A stretch of 64,000 nt of DNA from Zancudomyces culisetae HAW-14-8 (Eukaryota; Fungi; Kickxellomycota). The stretch spans positions 3,348,001 through 3,412,000 of the forward strand of contig JBNJNM010000011.1 in NCBI GenBank assembly GCA_052426225.1, given 5' to 3'. Under the pieces are notes generated by a model that worked only from the letters and a program-made list of their open reading frames with translations, was not told where the DNA came from and searched no databases. Made by a program: the position numbers and the translations under genes. Positions 36,241 through 48,939 of this stretch are shown one piece after another (position 1 is the first letter of the stretch; each line of letters begins with the position of its first letter).

Positions 36241-39200
36241 ATGGATAAGCTATTACTAGGTGTTTTTTTGGTCACGTACTCTTCAAAAGGAAACTATATA
36301 CCTTTTAGGTACCCATTATCTATTTATGATTCAGAAATATCCCTAAAAAGCAAGGATGGGCCAAATCCGCAGAACCAACAAAATCCACAAGAGGAACCAC
36401 AACAGGAACCACAACAGCAGCAATTAACTCAAAAAGCAAATGAGCAAAAAGAGAGGACAAATGGTGTTCATTTGGATACCAAAGGGATCGATTCAAAAGA
36501 TAATATTGTACTAATAAAAGAAAGCGATGAACATTTGCAAACAAATGAACTTAGCCCCAAAGTAGTGGAAGATGTTGATAGACAGCAAGGTAGGTTTTTT
36601 GTTTCAGCTAGTTTATAAATTTTATTACTAACATTAGCAATTAAATACATCCTAGACGATTTAGAACTAGTTAAAACCGATTTATCTACGACTGGGATCG
36701 ATGCCGACAAATTATCCTCGTCAAGACCAGGGAATTCTGGGAGTTTAATGGGTAAGTTGAATACTGTGAACTAAAAAAAAAAGTCAGCATATCAAGATGC
36801 TAGAAATAAGACATAAGAGCTAGAGTGCAGGATGTTAGCGATTGTATAGTAAAATGGATTCAAAAGATTGGTGTACAGAATTATTTCGGCAATATTAGCG
36901 TGGGAAAAGTCACAAGAATAGCACAAGAGTATTTTAGTTATATTAGGGGTTTAATTGTATCTAACTACTGGTATGTGATGATATAAAATAAATAGAAGAA
37001 GGAGCTTTGAAAGATGCAGCAAAGGAGGTCGAATATGAGACTCAAACGCTGGGGGTAACACAGAGACAAGATGGACATAATAAAAGTAGTACAAATGTTC
37101 GAAAGTTGAGGGAGGGAAGGGGGTTGTTTGGAAGTAGGGTAAGAAACTCGCTCTGGAAGACAGGGGTCGAGAATACCCAAGAAAAGAAAAGTAGTCTTGA
37201 CATGGACGAAGAGAAAATAAAGGAAAAGCTGACAATTCCTGAAGAGTATCCGTTAACCAATATTAGACACACAAGGAAAAGTGATGGAGATGCAGTATAT
37301 GGAAATAAGTCAAAGAGCGAGAGGGAATCAGTACATCACAGAAAATACAGTGAACACGACGAAGGCAAAAGAAAGGGCAATAATGACAAAAAAGGCTACG
37401 ATCAAGGGAAAAGTGGTGATTTCAAGCAAAGTAGATTGAAACCAGGGCGAAAAGATATCGAGTCCAGGTCAGCAGAGTTGGCTGTAGATGGTTCGGTCAA
37501 AAGCATAGCGGGGTTCGAAAGGAATTTTGGAGACAAAGTGGAGAATTTATGGATTGAGTCCACTATTCTGGGCTTTGATAGAAAGATTCTTTCACAGATT
37601 TTGGCAGTAAAACCAAGTCAAAGTTTCCAAAGATTTGAGGTGTCTATAGACGATGTGATGTTCTTAGGTCTCCCAATGAGGGATAGAATGGTTGGTGATG
37701 AAGATGAAGCGGCCAAAGTGGTGAATAAGAGTGGCCAGGGTATATCGGGAGATTTTCCAAAGTTTCGGGAGTCGGGGTCAGGGTTGGGGTCGGGGTCAGG
37801 GTCAGGCAAAAATATCAGGGCGCCCGAGTCCATAAACCTTCAAACCAAGTCCAAAGGGCCTAACCCGAGCATTGGAGGGGTCAAAAGAGGAAAGCATACA
37901 GAAAGACTTACTAGTGGGCCACAAAGTGTAGCCAATCCGCGTTCCGATAGGTTGAGTAGGGCTGGATTTGTCGATGATTTAGGGAAGGGACGTCTTGGAG
38001 TAAGCAAAAAAAGTGCAAGAAAAAGCTCGATCGCTTCTAGATCAACCAAAAGGGGGGATATAGGCGCGGAGATGGCTGTTGTCGCAAAAAAGGAGACACG
38101 CACGCTCAAAAAATACTCATCCATGTTTCATGTAGTATTTGCGTTAGATGCAAGCTCACCGCATCTGGAGTCATTTAGCGACAGAATATACCAATGTCTT
38201 ATTAGACCACTTTCATGTGCACTCAAATGGGAACAAGAGCAGACAAACTGGGTTCATCAGGAGTCACAGGTGTTGTGGGAGCTACTTCGGAAGGCGACGC
38301 ACGAAGATTGGCCCTTGCAGCGGTACATGCAGCAGGTAACTGAACAGTCAGAGCTTGCTGGGCTGTTAAAGCGTGTATACGATGATGCGATAAGCAAGAG
38401 AAGCACGCATGTATCTCTGCATGGAAATGTGCGAGTGTCATTGCAAGTACCCACAACTCCGTTGCTAGTACGACATGCGGCTGACCCAATAGTGGCTCAA
38501 TCGTGGCTCAACTATCGAATGAGTGATTTCGGGTGGAGGAAAAACCAGGATACAAGTTTATTTGAAGAATACTCTCAACCCATAGCACCGCATGATATCC
38601 TGAAACATATTACGAATTCTGGAAACAGCACTAACTACGGTGTTTATATGGAAAATTGCAATGATGGTAGCCAAGTAGGCATAAAGCTACCTACCAAAGC
38701 GATTCTAAATCTTCAAGGAGAAAGTTCGCTAAAGGTAGTAAGTCAATACAATGGAAAAGATGGCTCGCATGTTATGCATAATGATAAGTCATACCAAATC
38801 GACAAGTTGGAGCAGGAGCACAGGAACAAGATCAATAACATTGGTGAATTTTACCAAAATGGTAATACATATAATAAAGATATTCAGAAAAGCTTGGATA
38901 AAAAAAAGTTAGTGGTTTTGACATCAAATACCACAGAAACTAAGCTAGAAGCAATGATGAGATGTCTAGAGTTAATGCACTCAGAAATCACACACGCTGA
39001 AAGGACATCAGGATTAACAGGCTTGGATAAAAAAAAACCGTCCGGAAATAAAACCACAAGGAATAGAGAGTCCAATGACCAACATATACACAGAAGAATC
39101 AAAGGAAGCGGGATAGAATCGGGGCTTACAACGGAGTATACAACACAAAAGAACAATATCGGCCAAGAATCGATAGCAAGGTTCTATCGGAATATAATAA

Positions 39201-40417
39201 AACCAGGGGAAAATCAAGTCTCGAGAAGAGGATCTGATTCAGAGCGCTATCCACTTCACCACTATCATCATCCTGATAAAAATCTAGCAGGAACAGGTGA
39301 TTATTTGCCCTCAGACTATTCCCAATACCCAACCATTGAGCCTTACCATTCAATCCTGTTATTAACTTCGCCTCAAGAATTAATCTCTAAAATCTTAATG
39401 ACAAAGCAAAGCCACAATAATGGCGACAGCTGCTCTCCAACACTGCTGGAGCTGATAAAGAGGGCCACACCCACCAGGACTCTATCTGAGCTGCATTTGG
39501 AAATACCATGCTCGTTTGCACAGATTTGCAGGCTGACGGCGCATCTTGTTTATTGGAATGAAGCCAGGATAATATGTCCTGCATCGGTACATGGTATATA
39601 CTTAGTGGCGCCACGTATCAACACTAGCGATAACGAGCATAACTCTGCCAATATTATCGAAAAATATGGACCTAAGTTTGACAGTTTGTTTGGAACCAAG
39701 GGGTACCGACTATCGCTGGTTTTATCATCATTAAAGCTAAACTGTTCGTTCAAAGAGTCGCTGCTCTCTATAGATAATCAAACATCGAACGACTACACTA
39801 ATTTTGCAGATCCAATTATTAACGAGTTTGTAAATGGTAACGCTGAAAAGGGTGAACAAAATAATCTAAGCGATACCGAGTACAATGATGAGCCTCAGTT
39901 GCACCGTGATAATGAGGAATTGTATTTAGAAATGCTGGTATTTTTATTGAAGCATAAACTAGTTGTACAAGTTCACACCTGGCCGTTGTTGCTAGTGCCT
40001 TTATATGTAAAACTAGGCATGAGTGAGCAGGAGTATTTGAAAATCATGAAAAAGAAATGGGAGCAAAGCTTGAAATCAATTGAGCTAGTTTCTTATAACA
40101 AAAGTAATAAAAGTGATAATAGTACAGCGAATAAAGATGAGCTACTAAACGAGTTTTTAAAGCAAACATACAACAAGACACAATGGAGACCAACCAGTGG
40201 GTATTCAAAGGCCTCAAAGCACGAGCGCCAATATTTGTTAAAATTGATCAAGGATAAACCCAAACACTATGCAAAGTGGTTTCTTGATGCCAGTATCTAC
40301 TTTAATGGGAAACATCATCTGCACGAAATCTTGTTTAGGGAATGCTTAACATCAAGCCAATTCAAGCAGCTAATCAAACCGTTTTCTGACTTGATAATTT
40401 TACCCTGCCATTACTAG
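36241..40417 (+). CDS. NPR3: Nitrogen permease regulator 3 (NPR3/NPRL3; SEACIT/GATOR1 subunit); exons 36241..36589, 36656..36751, 36996..40417
   Basis: LGVFLVTYSSKGNYIPFRYP; ILGFDRKILSQIL...RFEVSIDDVMFLGLP; MFHVVFAL; IEPYHSILLL; LTAHLVYWNEARIICP; YFNGKHHLHEI. Confidence 0.88.
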
Positions 40418-40490
40418 CCGGGATAACAAGTGGTAAATAGAAATATTTTTTTGGACTTGTCTTTGGGGGCTTTTTTTTCTTGTTTGTTTT

Positions 40491-43400
40491 TTAGCCAACA
40501 GTTTTGCTTTTGATTTTATCAAGTAGATTTGAAAGAATTTTCTCGATAATTTGATCCTTCAAGTCCACCATCTTTTCACGACTAGAATTAATGCCGCTCT
40601 TGTCTAGCACCTCATTATTTCCCCTACCAGCACCCCTGTGACCTCTTTTATCAGAAGCATCGTTGTTGGCGCTGCTATTTGTGCCTCTTCCAGTGATGCC
40701 AAGAATATCACAGATCTGCTTGATTTTCGACTCGACAATCGAAGAATCAAGTGTTGCCTTCCTCAGGCGCTCTTTCATCATGTCAACCTCGTTTCCCAAG
40801 TGCACAAGTTTGTCCCGCGAAGCTTTTATTTCGGATTTATGAGCCTCTCTTTTTTCATTAACCATGTTGCTGATCAGTTGCATTGCCTGGTCTATTACCA
40901 AATTATATCTACCATACCCGATCTCCTCATCCTCATCCTCTACCTCAATCTGTGGTTTTGAATTGGGGGACTCTGTTTGGTATTGAGTGGATGTTCTGTT
41001 GGTTGGGGCTAACGAAGTTTTTGAATTGTAACAACTACTTTCGCCACCACCACCATTATCATCACCATTACCACCGCTACTATGAGTATCAAAGTTATTT
41101 TTGTCAACACTGGCGGTTGCCAACATATTATCACTCCGCGGACTATTTTCAAATCGCAGTTTTGCATTTTGAAGCTCCTTGTAGTACGTTTTCTTTAGTT
41201 TACCCAAACTAAGCTCTCGGCTATTAACAAACCCGCTGCTGGCCGAAGCCCCATCATCTTTATTCCATGGGTTGGCACTGCCATAATGCACATGATCAAA
41301 ATGGTGTAAATATCGTCTATTGGTTGTATTGTTAGTGTTACTAGATACGAACTTGTTGTTTAACGAAAGATAACGCTGTTGGTCGTTATATAGCTCCTGC
41401 TTTGATATATTTTCAAAATGACCAAGTCGGGGTGGACTAAAAATATTATTTTTGAGCCTTCCCTGAGAAATATTTCCAGGCACCGAGATTGCTGGAGATG
41501 GTGATGGTGAAGAGGACGAGACCGATATTATGTTTGGTATTTGGCGATCGGGATCATCAAACTGCCTTTTCGCCAACCGTGAATTCAACCCATCTTCAAT
41601 AATCGACTGTTTGCTAGTATTAAAAGTATGATTACTGGTGCTGGTATTAGCGTATCTATAATATCGGGTATCATGGAAGGTGGCATATGGTGGTCGATGT
41701 TGACTAGCAGGATTTCTACCAATAGTATGCCAATTTTTGAGCGTATTAGAGCCTGAATTGTCAAAAACATCCTCGCTGTCTGTGCTTTCACCGACTGAAC
41801 AGGTAGATCCTGTATTTTTACCGCCAACATTTGCAGAAATTTCAGATAAAAGCCCATTTTGACCTCCTGTTATACTCTTGTCTATAATTTTTGTTGGGCT
41901 GCTATCATTACCATCGGAGATATTGTCTCGGGTACCGCTATCAATCGCAATTACATTGTCAGCAACTGCTGAGTAGGCGCATGACTCTGAATTGTCTGAA
42001 GGGTTCTTAGCAGTCATTGGTGTTCCAACAACACCAACACCCACAGATTCGTCATCATCCGTTGAATCCAATTCTACAGTTTGAGAATCTGAATCGCTAT
42101 ACACATTGACATCCACTGCATCCTTGAAGACATGGTCTCTTGCTTTAGTACCCTTTTTTTTAATAGCTTGAGAACTCATATGCAAAAAACCACCGCTTAA
42201 CGGTTCCAAGCCATGAAATCGGCCAACAGCATTTGGAGTAGCACTACTAAACTGTATCGGTGGTTTCGACAGTCTTTGTGCTTGAGCACCGTAAACCAAT
42301 CCCCTTGGCTGTATGTTTTTAAATCCAATGCTACCTATACTGCTCTTACTTTTGCCATTGCTTCTGATACTGTTGTCACTATCACGAACAATAGTATTAT
42401 GATTGGAGGTACAAGGTTCCTTGCTCTCCTGGCGATCAGACCCTGCATCAGTGAAGAACCCCAGAGATATCGTTGAAATTAACTCCTGAAGTTCTTCTTG
42501 GCCGACATAATAATCGTCTATGTACGAGCTATTGCCGTGTTGGTCTACCTCTACCAAGTCATCTGTTAAAACAACTTTGTTCACGTTCAAATCTACTGAA
42601 TCGCCGAGATTGAAAGCAGAAACATCGTCCTGCTTTTCTTGCAACTTGTGGTACATCTTGTCTAAAATAGCCGATACCGACTGTAATCCATTGAACATTG
42701 AGGTTTCGGATGGAAGTTTTTCGCGATAGTCATGCCACTGTAGTAAATCCAACTGCGAATGTGAATGTAAATAACACACAATACACTTCATGTAATACAG
42801 CGAAGCAGCTTCCATTTCTCGTCTATATTCAGTTTCCAGATTAGTCTTGGTATTTTCAGTAGTATTTTTTGTGTCTGTTGTTGCTGTTGCTATTTCTGTT
42901 GCTGCTGTCTCGGCATTCTGAGTTGAGGTCTCCAATGTATCCTCGCTTTTAACCGTTATGGATATACTCTTGCCATTGACCACGTCTGTTTTTTCCATAG
43001 ACTCGTTTAGTATTTTCGGAGAGGTCTTACTTGTATTGGAGACATAACCTGCTGCTGCAAATCTTGGCTCAATAGCGCTAAACGATTTTATAAATTTGGC
43101 ATGCTTCTTGGGCTCTGACATGCTATTTTTGCTTCCAGCGCTTCCATAGTCTAAATGAGGTCCTTCGGCAGCGTAATGAACTAATGTTTTTCCTCTTTTA
43201 TCCCTCTTCACTATTGATTTTCCCAAAAGTTGTAACAATTTGGGAAACACCCTGTATTTACGTTTTCGATAGCACTGAAACGATGATGCCGCGAGCATCA
43301 ACGGCGTGCGCCCATCGTCTGCAGTTTCACCATCAAACTCTCTGTTATGTAACAGCACTGTGGTTTGGACGTGTCCTGTACGCGCCGCATAGTGAATCGC

Positions 43401-44693
43401 CTTTAACCCACCGCCTCCTAGAGTTTTTGATGGAAGATAAATGTTATCTGTAGTAACAAAGTGCAGCAGTTCCTGGGGCAATGCTACCTCTGCTTTTCCC
43501 TGTGTAGCAGCCTGCTCACCGGTAAGAAACGTCCGGAGCTTTACAAAGTTCATCGCCGTGAGATCAAAGTCATTGCCTACTGAGCGCCGCTTAATTTGGA
43601 TCTTGTTTCCCATGTTGTTCGTCTGAACATCGTCTTTATCCACCGATACGCGCCGCTTATTCAGGAGGGTGGGTGTGATTGAACCTATCCACGCCGTTGC
43701 TGCCCTGGGCTCCAATTCACTACCATCTCTTCTTCCTCTCGGAATACATGTATCTTTTTCGTTCCAAGCTTGCGACCCAGACATATTTTCATGCATCTCT
43801 GCAGCAACTATTAGCGCTGGCAACCCTTGGGTATCCATACTATTTCTAGATCGTTGTCTGTCAATATCTTTACAACTTGAGATGCCCGTGATTTTGGGTA
43901 TTACAGCTCTTGATTGAACTTGGTCACCTCGGATATCGGCATTTCTTGCACTACCCACGTCCATCCCCATCATTCGATTGTTTCCGGTAGCACCGTTTAT
44001 CAAGAATTCATCAACTGCATTTCTTGGTCTTGGCAAAAGATGTTTATTAGGATGTAGTCCTGGAGCTTGTTGTGTTTCATCTGTGTTTGTATATACATTT
44101 CGAGAGTTGATGTCGTTGATGATCTTGGCTTGGTCCTGAGCTCGAGTTGACTTTCTTTGGTGTTCAAAGTATGTAATTTCTGAGCTTTGTTTAGATAGCA
44201 GGGGCCTACCTATATCTACTGGAGGACGAGGTTCGCTCGGTGCTATTTTTTGCAGCTTAAAGCCACCTTCAGCTTTCCGTTCTTTAACCCTATTCTTTCT
44301 CTTTCTCAGTGTTTGCATGGATTTTAAGCTGGGTGGTGTCGTCGATGGCTTTCCTTGTAGAGCAATATCATACTCTAGCAAATCTTTCACCGAGCTATAT
44401 ACCTTCAGTCTTTTGGAAAACTCCACTGCTCTTTCCAGAGGAACCCATGTCCCTTGAAACTTTCCATACCCCCCTTGTATTTTTTCGTGTTTTCCTGTAT
44501 GTATCTCCTTCTCAAGCACCTTTGTTCTATGCATCTTATCATACTGTGCTCCCTTCAAAATTTGCGTAACATTAACATATGAATCCCCCATCCTTCGCAT
44601 AATTGCCACACCATTAAATTCAATGATCAACACCTCGATCCCTGAAAATACTCCCATCCATATGTTTTCCGCTTTTTTTTCCATGTTGTCCAT
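40491..44693 (-). CDS. APSES (KilA-N) plus ankyrin G1/S transcription factor, Mbp1/Swi4/Res-like (1400 aa)
   Basis: FSGIEV...AIMRRMGDSYVNVTQILK...HEKIQGGYGKFQGTWVPLE; ankyrin-like AIHYAARTGH, GRTPLMLA, DKRGKTLVHYAA; C-terminal coiled coil. Confidence 0.9.
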   Translation of the reverse strand: MDNMEKKAENIWMGVFSGIEVLIIEFNGVAIMRRMGDSYVNVTQILKGAQYDKMHRTKVLEKEIHTGKHEKIQGGYGKFQGTWVPLERAVEFSKRLKVYSSVKDLLEYDIALQGKPSTTPPSLKSMQTLRKRKNRVKERKAEGGFKLQKIAPSEPRPPVDIGRPLLSKQSSEITYFEHQRKSTRAQDQAKIINDINSRNVYTNTDETQQAPGLHPNKHLLPRPRNAVDEFLINGATGNNRMMGMDVGSARNADIRGDQVQSRAVIPKITGISSCKDIDRQRSRNSMDTQGLPALIVAAEMHENMSGSQAWNEKDTCIPRGRRDGSELEPRAATAWIGSITPTLLNKRRVSVDKDDVQTNNMGNKIQIKRRSVGNDFDLTAMNFVKLRTFLTGEQAATQGKAEVALPQELLHFVTTDNIYLPSKTLGGGGLKAIHYAARTGHVQTTVLLHNREFDGETADDGRTPLMLAASSFQCYRKRKYRVFPKLLQLLGKSIVKRDKRGKTLVHYAAEGPHLDYGSAGSKNSMSEPKKHAKFIKSFSAIEPRFAAAGYVSNTSKTSPKILNESMEKTDVVNGKSISITVKSEDTLETSTQNAETAATEIATATTDTKNTTENTKTNLETEYRREMEAASLYYMKCIVCYLHSHSQLDLLQWHDYREKLPSETSMFNGLQSVSAILDKMYHKLQEKQDDVSAFNLGDSVDLNVNKVVLTDDLVEVDQHGNSSYIDDYYVGQEELQELISTISLGFFTDAGSDRQESKEPCTSNHNTIVRDSDNSIRSNGKSKSSIGSIGFKNIQPRGLVYGAQAQRLSKPPIQFSSATPNAVGRFHGLEPLSGGFLHMSSQAIKKKGTKARDHVFKDAVDVNVYSDSDSQTVELDSTDDDESVGVGVVGTPMTAKNPSDNSESCAYSAVADNVIAIDSGTRDNISDGNDSSPTKIIDKSITGGQNGLLSEISANVGGKNTGSTCSVGESTDSEDVFDNSGSNTLKNWHTIGRNPASQHRPPYATFHDTRYYRYANTSTSNHTFNTSKQSIIEDGLNSRLAKRQFDDPDRQIPNIISVSSSSPSPSPAISVPGNISQGRLKNNIFSPPRLGHFENISKQELYNDQQRYLSLNNKFVSSNTNNTTNRRYLHHFDHVHYGSANPWNKDDGASASSGFVNSRELSLGKLKKTYYKELQNAKLRFENSPRSDNMLATASVDKNNFDTHSSGGNGDDNGGGGESSCYNSKTSLAPTNRTSTQYQTESPNSKPQIEVEDEDEEIGYGRYNLVIDQAMQLISNMVNEKREAHKSEIKASRDKLVHLGNEVDMMKERLRKATLDSSIVESKIKQICDILGITGRGTNSSANNDASDKRGHRGAGRGNNEVLDKSGINSSREKMVDLKDQIIEKILSNLLDKIKSKTVG

Positions 44694-45104
44694 TTTTTTC
44701 GGGCGCGCTCTCTCTCTAGTCAGTTAATATACTACTTATTGTGCAGCTTTCAGGATATATTTCTGGTCGTGTATTTCGCTTAAGCATATCACTTCTAAAG
44801 CTGCTTGAAGTGCAATACCCCGTTAATCCCTTTGATACTCTTTTGCAGCGTGAATTCTACAGTTTTAGTTCCCTTCTGTATATCCTACAAATTATTGTAT
44901 TTATTTTTACTGGTGTTTCAGACGTTTAGCAGAAATTCCATTTTAGTGAAATCAGCATCAAGTAAATGAATGAATTATGGTAAATTCTTCACTTTTCTTT
45001 TTACTATATTCCAATCCTTACAGACTTCCGTTTAGATATATTAAAAAGAAAATGGGTTTTATAAATAGGTGTAATATGTATGGCTTTTTGATTAAAGTCA
45101 ACAG

Positions 45105-45183
45105 ACGCGTTTAAATCACGCGTTTGTGTTGTTTTGGTATTCACATTTATACATTTATCGGTATTATAGATTTTAACTCGCGT
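45105..45183. promoter_or_regulatory. Cluster of MCB-like elements (ACGCGT 45105, ACGCGT 45118, TCGCGT 45178)
   Basis: Three CGCG-core boxes within 80 bp of AT-rich DNA, about 410-490 bp upstream of the MBP1-like ATG. Confidence 0.55.
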
Positions 45184-46407
45184 TTTTTGCAGGCACATTA
45201 TAGTAAAAAGTACCATTGGGCAAAATTTAAATAAACACCAACACGTACCTCGATTTCTGTTGTTCCAACATAACATAAGTTCCTTATAGAATTTGTACTT
45301 GTAATGCCTTCTGCCTTTTTCCTTTGTTCTCCTGACACGTTGTTCTATCTCGTCAGCCCTTGTGTGGTGGTTTGTTTAGTTTTTATATTTTTGTTTCCCA
45401 CCTTGTCAAAACAAAGTTACTTTTTTCAATGTTTTTAATCAAGGTATGTTCACGTATCGGTACCCTAAAAAACATACCCGAAAATGTTTTCATGCCTTGA
45501 ATTTCCACCAAAACATTTTTTTTTGGAGAATGTCATTGGTGTAAATATCGACCTTGATATACTGCGAAGTTGATGCATTTGCCGAATTTAATTCGTCCTT
45601 AATTGGTCTAGGATTTGATTACCTATATTTAATCGCTATGAATAGCAAGGTTGTGGTTTTTTTTCTCTCCAGAGAAATAAAAAGAAACACGCTTGCAACT
45701 TATTTGCTGCTTTCGCCCTTCTATCACCATTTACGCCTATACTTTGTGCTTTATCATTTTTTCCCATTTACCATCCCATTTTCAAATATTAGGGCAATGT
45801 TAGAACAATTTTAACATCACCCAAGTGCTTTGGATGTACCTCTACAAGGTTATTTTTTTCCAGCTAAAAGGGCTGACAAAAAGCATATCTAAACTAAAAA
45901 GTATACAAAAATATTAAATAAGGTTTATTTGAATCTATTTAGCCATGAATCCAAAACACGTAGCACATAAACTATAGCAAATCGTATTAACCCAAACAAA
46001 TCACTTGTCAGCTAAACCAATAGATTTGAAATTTTTGATGAATCTGTATTCTTATTTATTTGTTTATTATTAATTTCGTTTTCATATTTTTGGCCAAAGG
46101 CACCACAACTGTAAAATAAATGCATCAAGCCCACTATCTAAGCATGTACTTTCTAGTTGAATGATTAAATTCAATACCAAAATGGATCCTGCCATCTTAT
46201 TCAAAAAAAAGTATATTACCTTCACATATCCCTAAAAAAGACCCTTCTTGTCAAAAACTCACCAATAATCATCCAAGAGGGGGGGGAGTCAACAAATGAG
46301 CTGGTGGTGATAAGAAACGGAAATGGTATTAGTTGTACAAAATTGGCGTCCCTCAACACCAAAACTAACAAAAAAAAAACTTTTTCAAAAAAAGACAAGG
46401 AAAAGGG

Positions 46408-48939
46408 TTATTTTTTGGGAGGAACATACCCAAATTGGTTAAATAAAACCCCCGCAGGTCCAGGCAACCCCAGCTGAGAGCCGAACGAGGATACCAAATT
46501 CTCGACCATATTCACGTCAACATCAACATCAAGCAGTCCATCATCAGAGAGCTCACTCTCATCAAACCGAATTTCTTCATCACCAGAGTTGGTAGAATCG
46601 GCAGGACTCGCAGGCGAATCATTAGGTTTTTCACGTGATGTATCTTGTTCCCTATTGTGCCTTTCTGCCATCAAAGAATCGGGCTGGCTGAGCGCCAGCG
46701 GGTGATCTTTGGCATTCTTCGCATTCATACCTGTTTCACCTTTCACGTGACTAACTTTTGGAGTGTCTCTAGGGGGATGAGCCTTCTTGTTAACAAAAGT
46801 ACTTGCGATAGTGGTTTTGGATAATTCCGCCTCTATTGCCTTAGATATATTGTCTGTGGAAGGAACAGAAGCGGTGTCTTTAGATCTTGCATCTCCATCA
46901 CATCCGGATTCCTTCCCAATGAGTTCGTACAGTGATTCAAACACGGATTCAGGATCAATATCTATATCTTCATCCGACCCCTCAACATCATCATCATCGT
47001 CATCACCACCACTACTGTGCTTGTGTTTATAAGTACCATGGTTTTTATAAGCGTGTGATAACTCACGCGGTGTTTTGGATGCTTGAGATGTGCGTGAATG
47101 TTTTGTAGTATCCATTACGGCATTTTCTTGATCGTCCAACAGGCTATCTTCATCATCACTACTTTCAAAATCACTGTCCCATTCATCTTCTGGATTTTTG
47201 TTTACAAATTCAGCGCCTTCGTAACTTGACTCGGTGTTTAAAAATGTCTGAATATTATGTATAGCCTGTTGTAAATTTCTCGCAGATTCTTTTTCTTCTG
47301 CAGTAAAGCCGTCGAGGTCGCTATTCATATTGCTTGCATTGCTGAACACCTTATCTTTATTCATTATTGATTCGGCCTCGGATAAGAGCTGTTCAAGTTG
47401 GTCTGGTGATATAACCATCCAACTATCGTCATCTTCTTGCTCAATCAGTTTTTCTTCAGTATCTTTATGGCTGTCGCGTTCAGATAAGATTTTATCAATA
47501 GCTAATTTTATCAGCTTACTTGATTTTTCCTTATCATTACCAGCGTTGATACAAGCAGTGTTGAGAAAATCCATGTCCGCAAACTGAAGCTTTTCTTTGT
47601 ATTTTGTGCTGCTCGGCGTTAGACCTTCAAAATATCCGGACAAAGTAAGCCCGGATATATATTTTTGAAACTCGTTGGCGTAGCTGTCCCTTTCATGTGC
47701 GTTGATTTTATTGGTATTTGAATATAGCATCTCAAACCCACACATCAACTTCATTCCTAGTACAGCAGCCTTATAATCTTCGGCCTCTTGATCAGGAATA
47801 CTGAATGGAGGTGGTGCATTAAATTCCTGGCTGACTAGTTTAGCGTATTGAGCTCTATTGAATTTTACAAGGACTCTCTTCATCTGTGTGGGATGAAACT
47901 TTTCCATCTTCTGACATACCTTTAGATTATCGAACAAAATTTCAAAATTAATGACCGATCTTTAACTACAATATAATGTTATCATACCTCAAAATACTGT
48001 AAAAGATGCATACTTACCATCAATGATATGGGTTCACGCAGATAAAACGTATCTACTGCCTTAGAAACAAGTTGTGGTGCCGTTTTAACCACAGCAATGA
48101 GGTTTTCGGGTAAGATACAGAATGCACTGTGTGTCATTGATCGCAGTTTTGCAGGGAATCTACGATTTGTTTCGTATAGTTAATTTTGATCGTGTTTTAG
48201 GGTTGCGACTGACGAATATTTGTAATAGTATGAAATGAAAGTATTCATCACTTACTGCTCAATTTTTGCTTTAATTGTGTTTGTCACAGCATTATTAGAA
48301 GTTTGAATATTAGGATTGTTCACGATTTTGATGGAATCTGCAACATTTAGTACACCACTGCTGTCTTTTGTGGAGTGCTCAGGTGGAATTATATGAACAC
48401 TTCCATTATTGATAAAAACCTATTGTTTTTCAAGTAATTTTTTAGCACCAAGTACAATAGATAAGGCATATACCACAGTCCATCTGCAATAAAATGGTAT
48501 TCACATAGTATTCAAAGAGGCTTACGCGATTGGTGCTATTTTCCGGCTTCAACCATTTCGGAAGTTCAAGAGCAGCTTCAACTAGTAAAAACTCACCATC
48601 GTTATCACACACACTAATGACCAAGGTTGGGTATTTTGTCGATATTTGGTAAAGAATCCAAACAATTAACCATTCGTCGTCTATCGAATCTCCAAATCTA
48701 GAACGACCTTTTATCTCATAATAGCCCCTGTCGTTTTTTTCAAGCTGAAGGTTAATGGGCTCTAAATTCCAAACAAACCCTAAAGTTTGTGACTCTATAT
48801 AGCTAAGAATATCTTGTGTAAGTCGGTTTACGATTTGGAACTGATCGTTTTTTGTTTCCTCGTGTTGTTTTTCAAGATAAGTATCAGTATATATGATAAA
48901 TTCCAAGGCATTTTCTTCAAAATCACTGAAATCAAACAT
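46408..48939 (-). CDS. Ecdysoneless/hSGT1 (ECD) family protein; exons 48939..48526, 48419..48256, 48159..48018, 47919..46408
   Basis: FVWNLEPINL...GRSRFGDSIDDEWLIVWIL...[87 protein letters not shown]. Confidence 0.92.
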
